The translations under genes were made by a program, and so were the position numbers. Positions 1-14,540 of a stretch of DNA of 64,000 bases are shown piece after piece (the stretch's first letter is position 1; each line of letters opens with the position of its first letter). The notes under the pieces are model-generated. The model did no database searches. It was not told the DNA's origin and saw nothing but the letters and a program-made list of their open reading frames with translations. The stretch lies in assembly GCF_009914755.1 (NCBI RefSeq), contig NC_060929.1; one strand, 5' to 3'. The DNA is from the human T2T-CHM13v2.0 reference genome, Homo sapiens.

Positions 1-119
1 TTCTAGCCCAAATAATCCTTTTCATATATAAAGCTAAGAGAGGTAAAGTCCAGATTGCAACAGAGGCGGATCTAGAATCGAGGTCTTCTGATTGGTGGGT
101 TAGTGGTCTTTAACTATTA

Positions 120-488
<369 letters not shown>

Positions 489-1741
489 CTATTGACAAAT
501 TATACTGTTTGACCCAGATGATTAGGTTTCTGTAATTTGATGTGGGTTTTATTCCATCTTCTGTGTCTTCCAAAGGTATGTGGACTTTTAAACTCAGTTT
601 CTTCATCTTTTATAGGAAAGCATTTTCCAGACTAGATAAACACATGCCAGTTGCATGTACAGTTAGGACTCAGAGCTTGCTAAAGAGCACAGGGTGACGA
701 CTGTGGAACTACTGAAACATTGTCGAGACAGCAGTCCGTTAAGGCTTCTCAGAGTAGTTCTGAGTACATGGCTCCCTGCCAACTTTCTAACCTGGCCCCC
801 TAGTTTACCAGGAAACATTTTGACATGGTTAAATAGGTACATACATCCTTTGTGGCTACAGGACAAAACCCATGATTGCCTGATCTCTTTAGTCCCATGC
901 TCTGAAAAATTTAGATTCAAATCTTTGACTGGAAATAAAATTTCTGTGGGGCAAGTTTTTATTCTCTGATCTTTGTTCTTTCTATTAATAGACTTGGAAT
1001 GTAATGGAAAATATAGTTAACATTGCCTTGCACATTTACTTTTTGAGCATAGTTATCAGCACTCTAAATTTCTCGATTGTCTCAGGACACTGATGATACT
1101 AATAGATTCCAAAAAGACTTTCTTGAGCCAGAAGCACTGTAGCACTACATTTCCAGCTCTCTGTTGAGTCTTCAAACTAAGTAGAAAAAGAGAAGCAAAT
1201 TGAACCTCATATATTTTACTATCCAAGAGGATATTACCTTGACTGGACACGGTGGACTGACTACACAGACTGGCCACCGTCTGCAATAGCGCTCAATGCA
1301 ATTAGAAGCCTGGGAGATGAGCTGACACTAGAAGGTCAAGAAATACAGTTTTGTTTTGTTTTTTGATGCTTCTGCTGTAATTGTGGCCCCAGAGCATTCT
1401 TGTCCTTGACTTATGTGATGATCTGAAGTTATGTTTTGATTCTGAGCATCTATGTCTTATTAGGTTATATGCATCATATTTAAATAACTAGACAAACCTT
1501 GAAAGTTCAGAATCCTCACCAGCCTGTAAAATTTTTGCTAGGCCAATCTATCATCAAGAAGACTACAGAAAAAAGTATTTCCTTTGCACAGACAGATGTA
1601 CCCTTTGCTGTGGATGACTCAGCAAAAAACACCTGCAATAGTGTCTTATTAGGTGGTATCCCCTGGCACTTAAGATATATGCAACCCTGTGCCCTGGAAC
1701 CTACTTTTGAAGAATGAAAGAAATATTTAAAACATCTTATC

Positions 1742-2058
<317 letters not shown>

Positions 2059-2199
2059 CAAGGCAGTGGAAAATGAGCTACTTTTCCCAAATTTCAGAAT
2101 CTATAGTTATTGGTATTAAGTGAATAATGAAATTCAGTGATTCTCCTGCTAGAGAACATCTCTAAAGCCTTGGGCCAAGAGCTATAAATACATTTTATC

Positions 2200-2345
2200 A
2201 ATGCTGTAAGGTAAGCACTGTTACTATATCCACTCCACACATGGAAGCAATGAGGCTACAGAGAGGTTAAGCAGTTTACCCAAGATCATTTAGGTACCAA
2301 ATGAAGCTGGGATCTAAACTAAAAGAAGTCTGACTCCAGAGCCCG
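2200..2345 (-). mobile_element. MIR fragment
   Basis: Core-like motifs tgaggctacagagaggttaagcagtttacccaagatca and tctgactccagagccc. Confidence 0.7.
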
Positions 2346-2778
2346 AAAAACTATTACTTCAGTCTGTACAATCACTTGGTAAAATCTACGTCCTTTAGTA
2401 GAAAACTTGCTGAATGAGAAAGAGAGAGAAGAACTTGCTGAATGAGAAAAAGACAGAAAATAGCATATTCCAGTCCCTTGTTCCCTTTCCCTAGATCAGT
2501 GCTGACATATTACAGAGTACATCCCACCTTATGCTATTGTTTATGCCTAGGCAGTCGCAGAGGGAGCTACCCGCCACAAGAACCCGTGATCATATCTCAT
2601 CATTGCTGTTCCCCTAGTTACCAAAGTCTGCACTTTGCTTTTGTCATGTTATTGACGTACAGGGGGAAGCATTATTTTCTCAATGGTTCAAATTACATAT
2701 CTGGGGGGCAAATGAAACTTGGTTTTTATTCTCATTCTCTCCTTTCATTATTTTAGAATCATAAACCTACTAGACAAT

Positions 2779-3155
2779 TGTATAATCATTAAGGTCATAT
2801 ACAAATATTCTGGCCATCTCTTTTTGGGCTTGTAGTAGGACTGCACTTCCTTATCTGCTAAAAGTGACTTGCTCTGACCAATGAAAGGCAAACAGAAATG
2901 GTCTATGTCTCTTCTAGGAGGAAGCTTTAAGAGCCAGTGCTTCTCTTTCCAACATGGTGACTGGCAGTATTTCAAACAGCAAAACATTTGAGCTTAGGGC
3001 TTAACGTGAGGGTGACAACAAAGATGTGGCATGAAGTCCCCTCTGCCCATCCTGGATCGACAGATAGTATAAGCAAGAAAAAAGCATTGTGGTCTTAAGC
3101 CCCCAAGACTTGCAGTTATTACTGCAGCAAAACCTAGTCATCTTGACTGGTCTAT
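2779..3155 (+). mobile_element. MLT1 (ERVL-MaLR) solo LTR, old subfamily
   Basis: gtgacttgctctgaccaatgaaa...ggaagctttaagagccagtgc...gttattactgcagcaaaacctag motifs typical of old MLT1 LTRs. Confidence 0.65.
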
Positions 3156-4226
3156 TCTTACAGAAAATACTGATGCCTAATTCAAAGCAGCAACACAGAG
3201 AATATGGCAAAAGGGGATTAAGCATCTGGTGATTGTGAAGGCCATCGATGCTGCCAGCTAGCAGGAAATATCCAAGTCTTTCCAAAAGGACTGGGAGTAG
3301 CATACAAAAAGGAAATGTCCCCGTCATCCAGAACCGAAACCTGGGCAGGATTCCTTTGGAAAGAGAATTGTGGACTTTCTAATCCCTGCAACTGACCCAA
3401 CAGTCCCCATATCTCTCCTATATGCCCTTAAACAAGAACAAGCACACCTTGAATGCAAGGTGGAGGTTTTAACTAAATACTGGCCAGGCTGAAGTAATCA
3501 CTCAGAAGCATAATATAACTTTCCTGACAGAGTGATAAGTCAGTAGAGCGACCAAGGGCCTTTCTCTCCTTTTCTCCTTTAGTAATAGAAAAAATGATGC
3601 TATGAGTTAGGGGTTTAAACAGAAAGAAACTGAAATCCATGACAGTGATGACTTAATAATATTGCAAATTATAGTTTTTAGTTCAGGTAATTTAGCATAC
3701 CAAATCACAGTTTAATTTCCTTCTACAGAGCCCAGGCATATGAGATAGTGTATGAGAGAAGGGGCAAGGTGGGGTGGAGACAGGGGGTGAGGATGAGCAT
3801 GAAGAAAAAAAATTCTAAGACTTCTCAAAGGCAGGTGACCTTGAAAGGCTAATAAAAGTGACCTGGAGAATGTAAATGGCAGTTTATTAATATGTGCGAG
3901 GGCTATAGCCCTGACCTCCGGGAAGCTGAGTCCTTGCTTCCTTTTGTTCAAGTGCTTGCTTCTCCTGCCTGGTGGAATGTGAGGATCAAGTGCCCAGAAG
4001 GAATGCATAAAGCGTACAGAGCCCTGACAGCTGTGAAAGAATGACTTTGAGAGTGTCAGCAAAGCAGAGCCGTTGTTGAATGGCATGTGTCCTTGATTGC
4101 GCACAATGCTGCATGAAGGAACAGAGAAGGGGGAGCTGAATCACTTAATGACTTGTCTTTTGTTCTAGGATCAACGTTCCAGATGAAATAAGCCACGATT
4201 CTCGATCCATACTTACCAGTCGCCTT

Positions 4227-4474
4227 ACAAAAAACCAAACACCGCATGTTCTCACTCATAGATGGGAATTGAACAATGAGAACACATGGACACAGGAAGG
4301 GGAACATCACACTCCGGGGACTGTTGTGGGGTGCAGGGAGGGGGGAGGGTTAGCATTGGGAGATATACCTAATGCTAAATGACGAGTTAATGGGTGCAGC
4401 ACACCAGCATGGCACATGTATACATATGTAACTAACCTGCACATTGTGCACATGTACCCTAAAACTTAAATAAT

Positions 4475-4478
<4 letters not shown>
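4227..4478 (+). mobile_element. 5'-truncated young L1 (L1PA2-4-like) 3' end
   Basis: accaaacaccgcatgttctcactcata...G-rich tract...catgtaccctaaaacttaaa, near consensus. Confidence 0.95.

Positions 4479-4526
<48 letters not shown>
4479..4526. repeat. (TA)24 microsatellite forming the L1 tail
   Basis: Uninterrupted TA dinucleotide run. Confidence 0.97.
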
Positions 4527-4531
<5 letters not shown>

Positions 4532-4864
4532 AATAGCTTCCTCAGGTAGGTGAATTATCTCACCCGGCTGAAACAGTGTCTGCGTGTTTGGCAGGAGAGT
4601 CAGGGAAGAGCGCTTGTGACTGGATTTTATCCAAAGTGGTTACCTGAGTTCTAACAATGACAAAGTGGTGAGGATGAGCCCTCTGAGCTAGCTTGGGAAA
4701 TACTAGTTGTTCAACCCTTTCAGTATTACTCAGCCAAACTGCAGCTGATCAGCTTGACCAAATGTTCGCCAGAGTATCCTGAAATAAGTATGCCCCTTGT
4801 ACATACCTAAGTTCAGAGGTTAAGGGTCAAATAGGTAGGCTGAGTTTGCAAGTGCTTGAAGCTA

Positions 4865-5005
4865 AAATTCTCAAACTCAGGTGCCTAAGGACCATCCAGT
4901 TAAAACAATTCCTAGGTTCCACCTTATTGAATCAGAATCTCTTGAAGTGGGGCTAAAGAATTTGTGTTTTAACTTGGTTCCTAGGTTATTTTGAAAACTA
5001 GGATG
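4865..5005. mobile_element. MER5-like hAT-Charlie MITE fragment
   Basis: ttgaatcagaatctcttgaagtggggctaaagaatttgtgttttaac motif. Confidence 0.6.
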
Positions 5006-5163
5006 TTTTTTTAAAAAAATCTACTCAAACTTACCTGAGTATGAAAAAAGAAAATATAACCCTTCATAGACATAAAAAGCACATAGCCATAAAAAGCACA
5101 AACACAAAAACATCCAAGGAAACAAAATTCAGTCCAAAGACTTCATGTAAGTAGAGATCACAT

Positions 5164-5273
5164 AGTACTTATCATCCAAACAGGGACACCTCTGAAAGTG
5201 AAAGCTATTGATTATAGCAGGATAACAGGTGTAAACAGGGACTGTACTCTGTAACTGGGATTTATGGTCATCT
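5164..5273. mobile_element. hAT-Blackjack MITE fragment (MER81/MER94-like)
   Basis: atcatccaaacagggacac...gtaaacagggactgt...atggtcatct motifs. Confidence 0.5.
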
Positions 5274-7779
5274 GAATTCTAAGACTAATCTGGGCAGGAA
5301 AATTGTTTGGGATTTAGGCCACTAACACAACAGAAAGCCCTCATCCAAGTTTTGAAGTTTAGCAAGAGCTGCAAATATTTTGATTAGGAGGGCTATATAA
5401 ACCATAAACCCAGAGGATCTTGTTCAGGGGTTCACTGTGGCTTGAAGTAGAGCAGGATGAACTCTCAGGTCCTAATTACCCTGACTGAGAAGAGACCAGT
5501 AGAAACTTTGACCCCACAGTGGAGGAGTGCATATGGCAGTGACATTTATCCACAGCAACTGCAGAAGTCAGTCTTATGAAATGTAAAGGATTGGACCTCA
5601 GAGATGGAGAGAGAAGAAACAAACCAGGCATTATTCTACTCCCTACACTTATCTTGCAATTTCTAGGAAACACCTTTTCTCCTAAGTTTTTAGTTCTCTA
5701 GTCATGCAGTTTGCACAAACCCCCTAAAAATTATTGCCATATAGCTTCCTATTGCCTTCCGCCTCTGGGGAATACTGCAGTATTCTTATAGGGAAAAGGA
5801 AGAATGGGTTGCGCATTTTCATTATTCATTGGATGCAAAAAATTCATCGTGTAAAGGTTGTTTTAGAAGTGCAAAACAGCTAAATGAGAAATCATGTTAT
5901 TGCTAGGAAATTTCATTTATTTCCTTTGTTGTAATAATGATTGTGGTGTGTAGTTGCTTCTGTAATAATTACAGTGATGCTATTGCACATTTACTTTCAG
6001 GTATCATTTTCATTTTAAAATTAATCTCAAAATATAGTGTTCATTCAATTATGCCTCTCTTAGCAAACAAACTCTACTCTGAGCTCTAAACTACCCAGTA
6101 TTGAAACTACCTTTTTAAAATGGGAGGACCAATGAACATGCATATGCAGAAGGGCCTGGATCTTCACAAAGTAACTTCTCTTCTAGAAATTATACTTCAG
6201 GTAGACTATGCCTCTTCTGTGTTCAGTTGCCAGTGCATGGGGTGGAAGGAAAGCGTAATTGGTGCACTGGCCCCCAGGAGAAAAGCAGTATCTGAGGAAA
6301 CATTGAAATAATTACAAAATATGTGTTTAAAAGAGGCATGGTGATAGTTACAGGAGAAGGGAAAGAGAAGGAAAGGAAGAGAGAAATCGCTCTTAGATGA
6401 TTATAAAATATATCTTATTTACCTGAGAGAGTTAAAGTGTATTGGCTATGCTTTTTAAAAACGGGTCTTAATTACCCTTGAGGCCAGAATTCCATATGAG
6501 ATAAATATGTTTTTAGATAGTTTTCTAAAATATGTATAATTTACTCAAGGAAAAAAGGACTGTGTCCTCTGGAGCCAATCCAGCCTCACAGGTAAATACA
6601 AATTTAAGTAGATTCCTAAGAAGCACATTATGAACAGTGGCTGATGGAGTGGAATGTCTGTGAAGAAGCTGGGAAGGTCCGTCAGTTAAGTACATAATAA
6701 AAATGTATTGGAAAAATACATCATTTCCTCAGTGGACTATAATTGGCTATGCATAGTAAAAAGTCTTATTTTCAAAAATGTATTCTGCATCCACAGAGTT
6801 TTAAATCTCAATAACCACGTTATTTTTAAAAGTCAGAATGCTAAGCAATATTAGTGAGAGTGGCAGAAGAACCACATGGTAGATGTCATTCTGCAATTTA
6901 CAACTCTTTGACATCTTCTTTTTCTTCTTCTTTTAAAGCAGACTTCATCCAAAGCCATAGGTAAAAAGTTAAAGAAGATGGAGGATCAAAATTCAGCTTT
7001 CTTTACTAAACAGTCCGATCAGTCTTTTCAGAAGTGCCAAAGTACGTTTAACTTTAAAAGCATATCCTTTTTTTATTATCCAGGCAGAAATTTCTGGTAT
7101 AAACAAACAAGACAGACAGATGTAAAGGTCCACAGTAACACAATTACCTAGGCCTGCCATTTACACCTTTCCCCATCCCACTGATTTTGACCTTTCCCTT
7201 GCCTACCACCTCACCGTTCTCCCAGCCCATCCATTCGGTTCTGGCTTCACTTGTCTCCTTCCCTTGCAACCTATAGGGATGTTGTTGGACCTGTCTTTAT
7301 GTTCTTTCTGTATTATCCTGTTTTTATACAACTCATTCTGGGCTGCCAAGCTGTGGACTGCCCGTTTTGGCGACCACACATTCCTGGTGTGTCATGCAGC
7401 CCCAGGGAGGCCTTGACAGTGACTTGGGCATTTGTCCATTTGGCTCATGCTGACTGGCTGTCACAGTCCTCCCAGTCCTCCCACTTTCTCCAGAGCCTCC
7501 CATCCTAACATTCACACTCATAGCAGGTGACCATTTCTTTGTTTTTCCTGAGAGAGCTGAGGCCATGTGTGCTTCTTCAACACCTGTGCTCCTCACCGGG
7601 AGGATCCCCAGGGAGCTTCTTCCCTGACCCCTTCCTTCTGCCACTGCCATCACTTCTGAGACCCTGATCCTCCCCTCTTCTAGCTCTGGATTCCTCCTTC
7701 CCCACTGATTCCTTTTAAAGAGTGAGTGACCTCTCTAGTATTAATACTAAAATGAGCCCCAAGGTCCTTCCAACTCCTT

Positions 7780-8410
7780 AATTCCCACTTTCCTCTCTTT
7801 CCCCGCTTCAGAATCAAACCAGCTCTCAAACCAGAGTTCACACCAGCTGCCTCTCATTTGCCTTCTGCGTTCTGCTCTCACCACACTAGGGAAACTCCGA
7901 GGACCACGACCACAACTAATCCAATCACCAGCGTTCATGACTTTTTCTTTAGTGCTCATCTTCCATGACCATTTGACATACTTCATTCTAGCGATATATT
8001 TCTTAAAACATGTGGTTTCCATGCTTGGGACCCTTCGGATTCCCCTCCTATCACTCTGAAGACTCCTTTTCAGTATATGTTCTGTTTTTCATCCTCCCGT
8101 TGCCCTTTAAATAGATGCATTCTCCACAGAACTGTCCTCGGCCCTCTTCCTCTCATACTCAACTTCCTCTGCCTCTGTAATAACTTTGTATCTCTAATGG
8201 GTAATTCTCAAATTTAAAAGTCTCTGCTATAACCTCTTCTTTGAACTCTAGATTTCTACTTCTACCATCTGCTAGAATACCTTATTCGATGTCCTGGTGA
8301 CATTTCAAACTCGACATGTTAGAAACAGAAGTAATTTTTTTCCCTCTAAAATCTATTCTTACTCAGACCTTCTGTTCCATTTAACAACTTGACAATTTTC
8401 CTGGGCACCC
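7780..8410 (+). mobile_element. L2 fragment
   Basis: Pyrimidine-rich sequence with L2 motifs (tctttgaactctaga...gacatttcaaactcgacatgt). Confidence 0.6.
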
Positions 8411-8489
8411 ATGGCCGACAGTGATGCTGCTAATGATTATAACAATAACAATATTATTACTCCTATTAGACCTAGGAAATTCCGACAAC

Positions 8490-8683
8490 AGCCAGACCTT
8501 GTTCTAAGCTTCACTAAATATACAGTCATTTAATCCCTACAACAACCCTATGAGGTTGGAACAATTATTAACCCCACTTTGCAGATGTGGTAACTGAGGG
8601 ATAGAGGTAAAATTTCTTGCCCAGCATCACATAGCAGCCTGGTTCCAGAATCCATACTCTTAACCACTATGCTCTACTGCCTC
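8490..8683 (-). mobile_element. MIR
   Basis: tcatttaatccctacaacaaccctatgagg...ccccactttgcagatgtggtaactgagg...cttaaccactatgct. Confidence 0.85.
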
Positions 8684-9337
8684 AAGAAGTCTTCAGTGAT
8701 TGTTGGCAGCAATTGTAAGATGTGTTATAGCTGACAGTAGCTAGAAGGTGGCTAATTTGAGGTCTGTGGGATTTGACATTAGGTGGTGGTTATGGGAATG
8801 AAAAGGAGAGTGACTGACAGGAGACGGTGGAGCTCTATGAAGATAGGAACTGCACTCAACGAGGTGTCATCTATAGCATTATGGGCACTGGCTGTGTCTC
8901 AGAGGCTGGTGAATAGGCGATAAGAATGAATTATACACATAGAAAGCCGAAACTCCCTTTTTCTACCATTCTAGCAATAGTAGATGCAATTCCGGTTAAT
9001 TACGGGAGGTATAAATATCAGAGGGGAGATGACAAAGATGTTGGCAAAATGAGATCCTTTGACAGCCACTTTTCTTTTGCTAAAGAATACCCAGCACACA
9101 ACTATGGCTACTTTGAGTGATTATGGGACTCTGATGCCTGAATTGCTATATTTTATTCATATGTATCCTTCTATTCTTTCAATATTCAATCAAATGTTTA
9201 CTTTTTGTATAGGATTGTGCATGTTATGTATTAAAGTACTCAGTTCTGATTACTAGAATTTATGACTTTTTTTTTGTGGAAATAAGGTATGTGAAAGCTA
9301 AATAAGATCATGAATAAATAATACCTCAAGGTCATAG

Positions 9338-9540
9338 GGCAATATGGCATGCTGTTTTAAAGTATGGGCTTTGGAGTCTATATAGAACTCGCTTCTAATT
9401 TCGGCCTTTGTTTGTGACTTTGGACAAGTTGCTTTGTCCTCATCTGTGAAATGTGAATGACAGAACCTACCTAATAGAGTTGTCATGAAGAAGAAATGAG
9501 ATAACGCACATCAAGTCCTCAGCATAGTGCTGAGCAAATA
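9338..9540 (+). mobile_element. MIR
   Basis: gggctttggagtc...tgtgactttggacaagtt...cctcatctgtgaaatg...gttgtcatgaag. Confidence 0.8.
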
Positions 9541-10693
9541 ATTCCATGCACATGGGCGTACACAAACACATACAACTGAGTATTACTCTGTGTTCTGAAG
9601 GGGACTTCCTATTGGCTGAAGCGTTTATTGGGTGGCAGGAGGCAGATTTCAGCTGAGTCTTAAAAAATGGATGGGTCTTAGATAAATGGAAAGAACATTT
9701 CATATAGATACCAAGGCAGACCTCAACAGAGGCTAAGAGGAAGGTGCAAAGTAAGAAATATCACAACAGCAAAGTCAATAGAATTTTGATTACAAATTAC
9801 AGACAGAATCATCAAAGATGATTTGAGTTTTTATGTCTTCATGATTAAAATAATTGTGCTACTGGTAGAAATCCATTAGCCATGAAAGGAAGTTAGTTTT
9901 AGAGGAAGAAGACAGGTTTAGAGCGAAATATATAGAATCTGAGGTTATGATGGGACAATTTTCAATGTCTAAGAGGATGGAAAGAGACAACAGACTTGAG
10001 ACGAAAGGCAGAAATGGAGATTTCTAGCTCCTTGAGGAGTTAGGTCTCATTTCTCTTTAAATCCCTCAGAACAGCTAGCATAGTGCTTTGAACATTCCAC
10101 ATGCACACTGCTTGTTGCATGGATGGATGAATAAGTGAATAAAAGTAAAGATTCTGGAGTTCTCTCCACGGAGGAGATAGTTAGTCTCCAAGGAAGAACA
10201 AAACAGAGAGGTACCCAAACATCAGAGACACAAGAAAACCAAAGTGTTAGAGTAAAGCAACAACAACATGAGTGCACAGGGAAACAGAAGGGGATATCAA
10301 ATGGTGGTCAAGGGAATCTTGGGAAACAGGCACTGCCAAGGAGGAGGATCAAGTGAAGTTATTAATGTCTTCAGGAAACAAGTTTAGTAAGGTGTTATAG
10401 ATGGAGGCCTCAAAAGAAAAAAATGAGATCCAACAAAAGTGGGGAGTAAATGGAGGCAACAGATGTATGTCTGAGATTAATAGCAACTGAAGGAAAAGAA
10501 AACTCACTACACTCTTTTCTAAAAATGTGTCACTATATGATACACAGACTAGACATTTGTCATAGGTACTCAAATATTAAGTGCACATATGCATGAATAT
10601 ATGAACAAATGGATGAATTGAATAAATAATTCATATTTGATATGAGAAAAGTACTATATCTTGATTTCTTGTTTCTTAATTAGAAAATCCCTC

Positions 10694-10864
10694 GCTGGAT
10701 GTGGTGGCACATGCCTATAGTCCTAGCTACTTGGAAGGATCACTTAAACCCAAGAGTTCAAGGCTGCAGTGAGCTATGATTACACCACTGCACTCCAGCC
10801 TGGGGGACAGAGCGAGACCCCATCTCTTAAAAAGGAGAGAGAGAAAAAATAAAAATAAAGAAAA
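10694..10864 (+). mobile_element. Alu right monomer / FRAM-like with internal deletion
   Basis: gtggtggcacatgcctatagtcctagctacttgg...gagttcaaggctgcagtgagctatgatt...gagaccccatctct followed by an A-rich tail. Confidence 0.85.
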
Positions 10865-13075
10865 TTCCACCTTCATTTCTGTGCTGTGGGTATGTAAATA
10901 GATGCAAAAGCACCTGTAGGTAACGAAGTCAGTCAACTCTTACAAGACAAAAACTGATTTCTTTTCACCATATTATTCTTTTACCTGTTTTTATGGAGGC
11001 TATACAACTATGATTTAGATTGTGGGAAGGTGAATATTTATGAATAAATAAGAAATTTTAATTTTTCATATCAACTGTTTTAGTATAAGCTCCAACCCCT
11101 CCAAGTGACTCCCACCTGGATAATTTTTTATTAAAACTAATTGTTTTCTATGTTTGGAAAATGCACAATTTTGTTATCATGGAGAAAAGTCTGCACAATA
11201 TAATTATTATATAGAAAAACAAACATGACTTGTAGAATAGGAAAAAACATCTGAAATCAGTAAACATCTATTTAGTTTTCCTGATATACACTAAAAACAG
11301 ATATTAAGAAAATATTTTAGCTATGGATTTGCCTTTTTTAATGCTATGAAATTCATGCTGAGTAGAGAAAACCTATGCTTGATACTTTCAACTTATAGTA
11401 CATTTTCAAGGTGAATTATTAAATTCTCAAAACCTGACCTTCTAATGAAGGCACTGATGCAAGCACAGAGTTGGTGAAGAAAACCACAAAGACATAAAAA
11501 TGCACAGATATATGATCAACTAGGGACAAATTTTGATGGAATTATCACCAGATCTCTACAGACAAGGCATATCTATCAAACCATGCCTACCATAAGCTTT
11601 GATTCCATTAATTCCCGAGAAAAGACATCACGTAGAGTTCTGGATACCAGGTGTGTAAACACTAAGAGATTCTGATATTATGATATCTTTCATGTAGAAA
11701 CCTGAACACAACCCCACCAGATGCAGAAGCTAGTTTCCACTGGGAATGCTACCTACCCTTTTACTACTGGTATCATTATTTAAACGTTTAATGTAGGAGA
11801 AACTAAAGGCCAAAAAAGAACACGTCTGCACTTAATTTCAAGTGACAGCTAATATAGTGCATTAAAAATGTAATACTATACATATGATAGTTATATATAA
11901 ATAGTAACATTAAAAAGGGTTACAACATCCCTACGACATCTTACGTCTAAAACACTTAAAAAGCACATTTGCAGTACAACTTAAATCATTTTAATTGGTT
12001 TCAAGAAGACTTCAAATTAGTGATGGGCTTTGACTTTTTCTGATTATGAAAGAGAAACACAGATGAATGCTTTTTAGGCAGCCTAATATCATTGCCAGGT
12101 AGACTACCACATAACCTGTGTTACTTAAATGCCATTAACTATCAATGAAAGTTATTTTCACATAAGTGTTTTATGTAAATTTTGTTTTCCTAAAGTCATT
12201 AGTTCTCCTAATAAATGTACCTAATGCAAAATGTCTTTTTTTGTTCTTTCTTTGCATTCATTATCCAGGAACTTTTTCAAAGAGAAAAAAAAAAAAAAAA
12301 AAAAAAAGCAGAGTGACAGAGCTGGAATACTTAGCAACCATTTTACTGTTGAGGGTTTTTTTTTTTTTTTTTGGTACGAAAAATAATCCAGTTACATTCT
12401 CTAGCTCAATTGCTTACAAATAACTTATCTGGAAAAAAAATCAAGTAAATCTATCAGTTGTAGAAGTTTATTTTTCCATGTGGTATCTAGAGATAAGCCA
12501 ACCTGTAGTATTAGATTTCCACTGACATAATTGTGCATGAATTCTGATCTGATTTGATATTACATGGTGCAAAAGGTGACACATTTTCTCTAATATACCC
12601 CATTAGAAAGGGAAGAAATTGCCAAAGTATGAAATCTGAGGACCTTGATTCAGAAACTATATGACTCTGAGGTTAGCTCAATGGGAAAAAAAGAACTTGT
12701 TTGACTACTCCAGGCACTGAAGGCTGTGACAAGCAAACTACCAAGGGTAGCTATTCTGTTGGATAATCAATACAATCTTACATTATCAGACTGCCACAGC
12801 TGTATATTCGTTTATCATATTGCCTTCTATGTCTCTAAAATATTTAAGTGTAGAATCACAAAGAGAATACAGATGCTGTCCTCTTCCCAAATCATTGCTG
12901 ATCAGGATACTTGGCTAAGACTCCAGAACAAAGAAATAGCATTTATGCACATAACATGCCAAACATTGATTTTAACACCCACATATGCTACCTATGTACA
13001 GCAGAGAAACATTAGCTCCAGGCATATAGGAAATGGCTCCTAACTGAGCTACCTACAGTTTCTACAACAAAATTG

Positions 13076-13368
13076 TTTTTTTTTTTTTGAGACAGTATCA
13101 CTCTGTCACCCAGGCTGAGTGCAGTGGCACGATCACAGCTCGCTGCAGCCTTGAGCTCCCCAGGCTCAAGTGATCCTCCTGCCTCAGCCTCCCAAAAGCT
13201 GGGACGACAGGCATGTGCCACCATGCCAGGCTAATTTTTATATTTTTCATAGAGACAGGGTCCCACTATGTCACCCAAGCTGGTCTCCAACTCCTGGGCT
13301 CAAGCAATTATCTCGCCTCAGCCTCCCAAAGTGCTGAGATTACAGATGTGAGTCACCATGCCCAGCCC
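13076..13368 (-). mobile_element. Alu (AluJ-like)
   Basis: Poly(T) then gagacagtatcactctgtcacccaggctg...gagtcaccatgcccagcc; flanks ctacaacaaaa / ctataacaaaa resemble a TSD. Confidence 0.93.
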
Positions 13369-14047
13369 TATAACAAAAGTTTAGAGATATTAGTGATCTT
13401 CTAAATCCTATGATAAACGCCCTTGAACAAATCAATAAAATACCAAATATGAACTGTTGGCAGTTTTAAATTGCATTTTCAAAATGCAGAAACTGTTACG
13501 TTTTAAGAAGGAAATGTTCTGCAACCTCCTTTTATCACTTGACTTTTTATATTTGGCAGACAGTCCCAGTAGGCAAAGTCTGGCTTCCAGAACACAGACT
13601 GTTGGCATTTGGATCTCTTTTATCAAAGGAGGGCAATGGATGTCCATTACAATTTAGATTGGAATTTCCTACAGGATTCTTTGCAACTCCTTCCTGCTTC
13701 CCAGCTAGCTTTGAGGGAGAGCTTAGCTAGAAAGTGAAATTTTTGGATGGAATTCTTATCTACAAGCAAGATAAAAGAGTAATTAGGTAGTCCTTTCATA
13801 TTTTAGTGGGGACATAGAAAATGACAATTCATCTTGTAAATCAAAAACAAAAATAAATATGCACAGGATAATGGAACTTGAATCTACCTGACAATATGAA
13901 GGCACCTTGTTTGTATAAATTTTGAGATAACTTAATCCAGTACCATGTGCTGATAAATCTTGGATAAAGAGACTCTTGGGAGGCAATAGGCTCCGTATTT
14001 CTTAATGCTACATGACATCTATTAGAAGCTTTTGGTCTTGGGAAATT

Positions 14048-14540
14048 GTGGCCAATTTTATTTTCTACAGATGGCCACACAGTATCTCCAATCCCATAGA
14101 TTCTTATGCACTATGACCTTTATAATCCCCAGCAAGAGGCAGAATTGAATTACCCTTTCCTTAAATCTGGGCTGGCCTAAAGTCTTGCTTGACTACTAAG
14201 ACAATGTGGGAAACGTGACATTCTGGGACTTCCAAGGCTAGGTCATCAGAAGCCTCGTGGCTTCCACTGGGTCTCTTGAAATACTTGCTTTAGGATTTTC
14301 CCTTTTCAAACCAAGCTGCCATGGTATGAGAAGCCAGCAACAACTGCCAGACCAAGCCACCTTGAATGTGCAGCCAAGTTGAGCCTTTTAGATGGCTGCA
14401 GTCCCAGGCATCTGACTAGAACCATACGAGAGATTCAGGAAAGAAGTGCCCCAGTGAGCCCAGTCAACACAATGAATAATGACAGAGTGGTCAATTATTA
14501 GTTTAGATCACTAAGTTTTGAGGAGTTTGTTATGCCAAAC
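14048..14540 (+). mobile_element. MLT1 (G/H-like) solo LTR
   Basis: cttaaatctgggctggcct...gacttccaaggctaggtcat...cactaagttttgaggagtttgttatgc. Confidence 0.75.

Noticed and set aside
3712-4104. 130-aa minus-strand ORF
   Set aside because: No recognisable domain, no convincing splice sites, and not part of the MCTP1 protein as I recall it.
4209-4219. atacttacc as the start of a U1 snRNA copy
   Set aside because: Similarity stops after about 9 nt; it is simply a consensus donor on the other strand.
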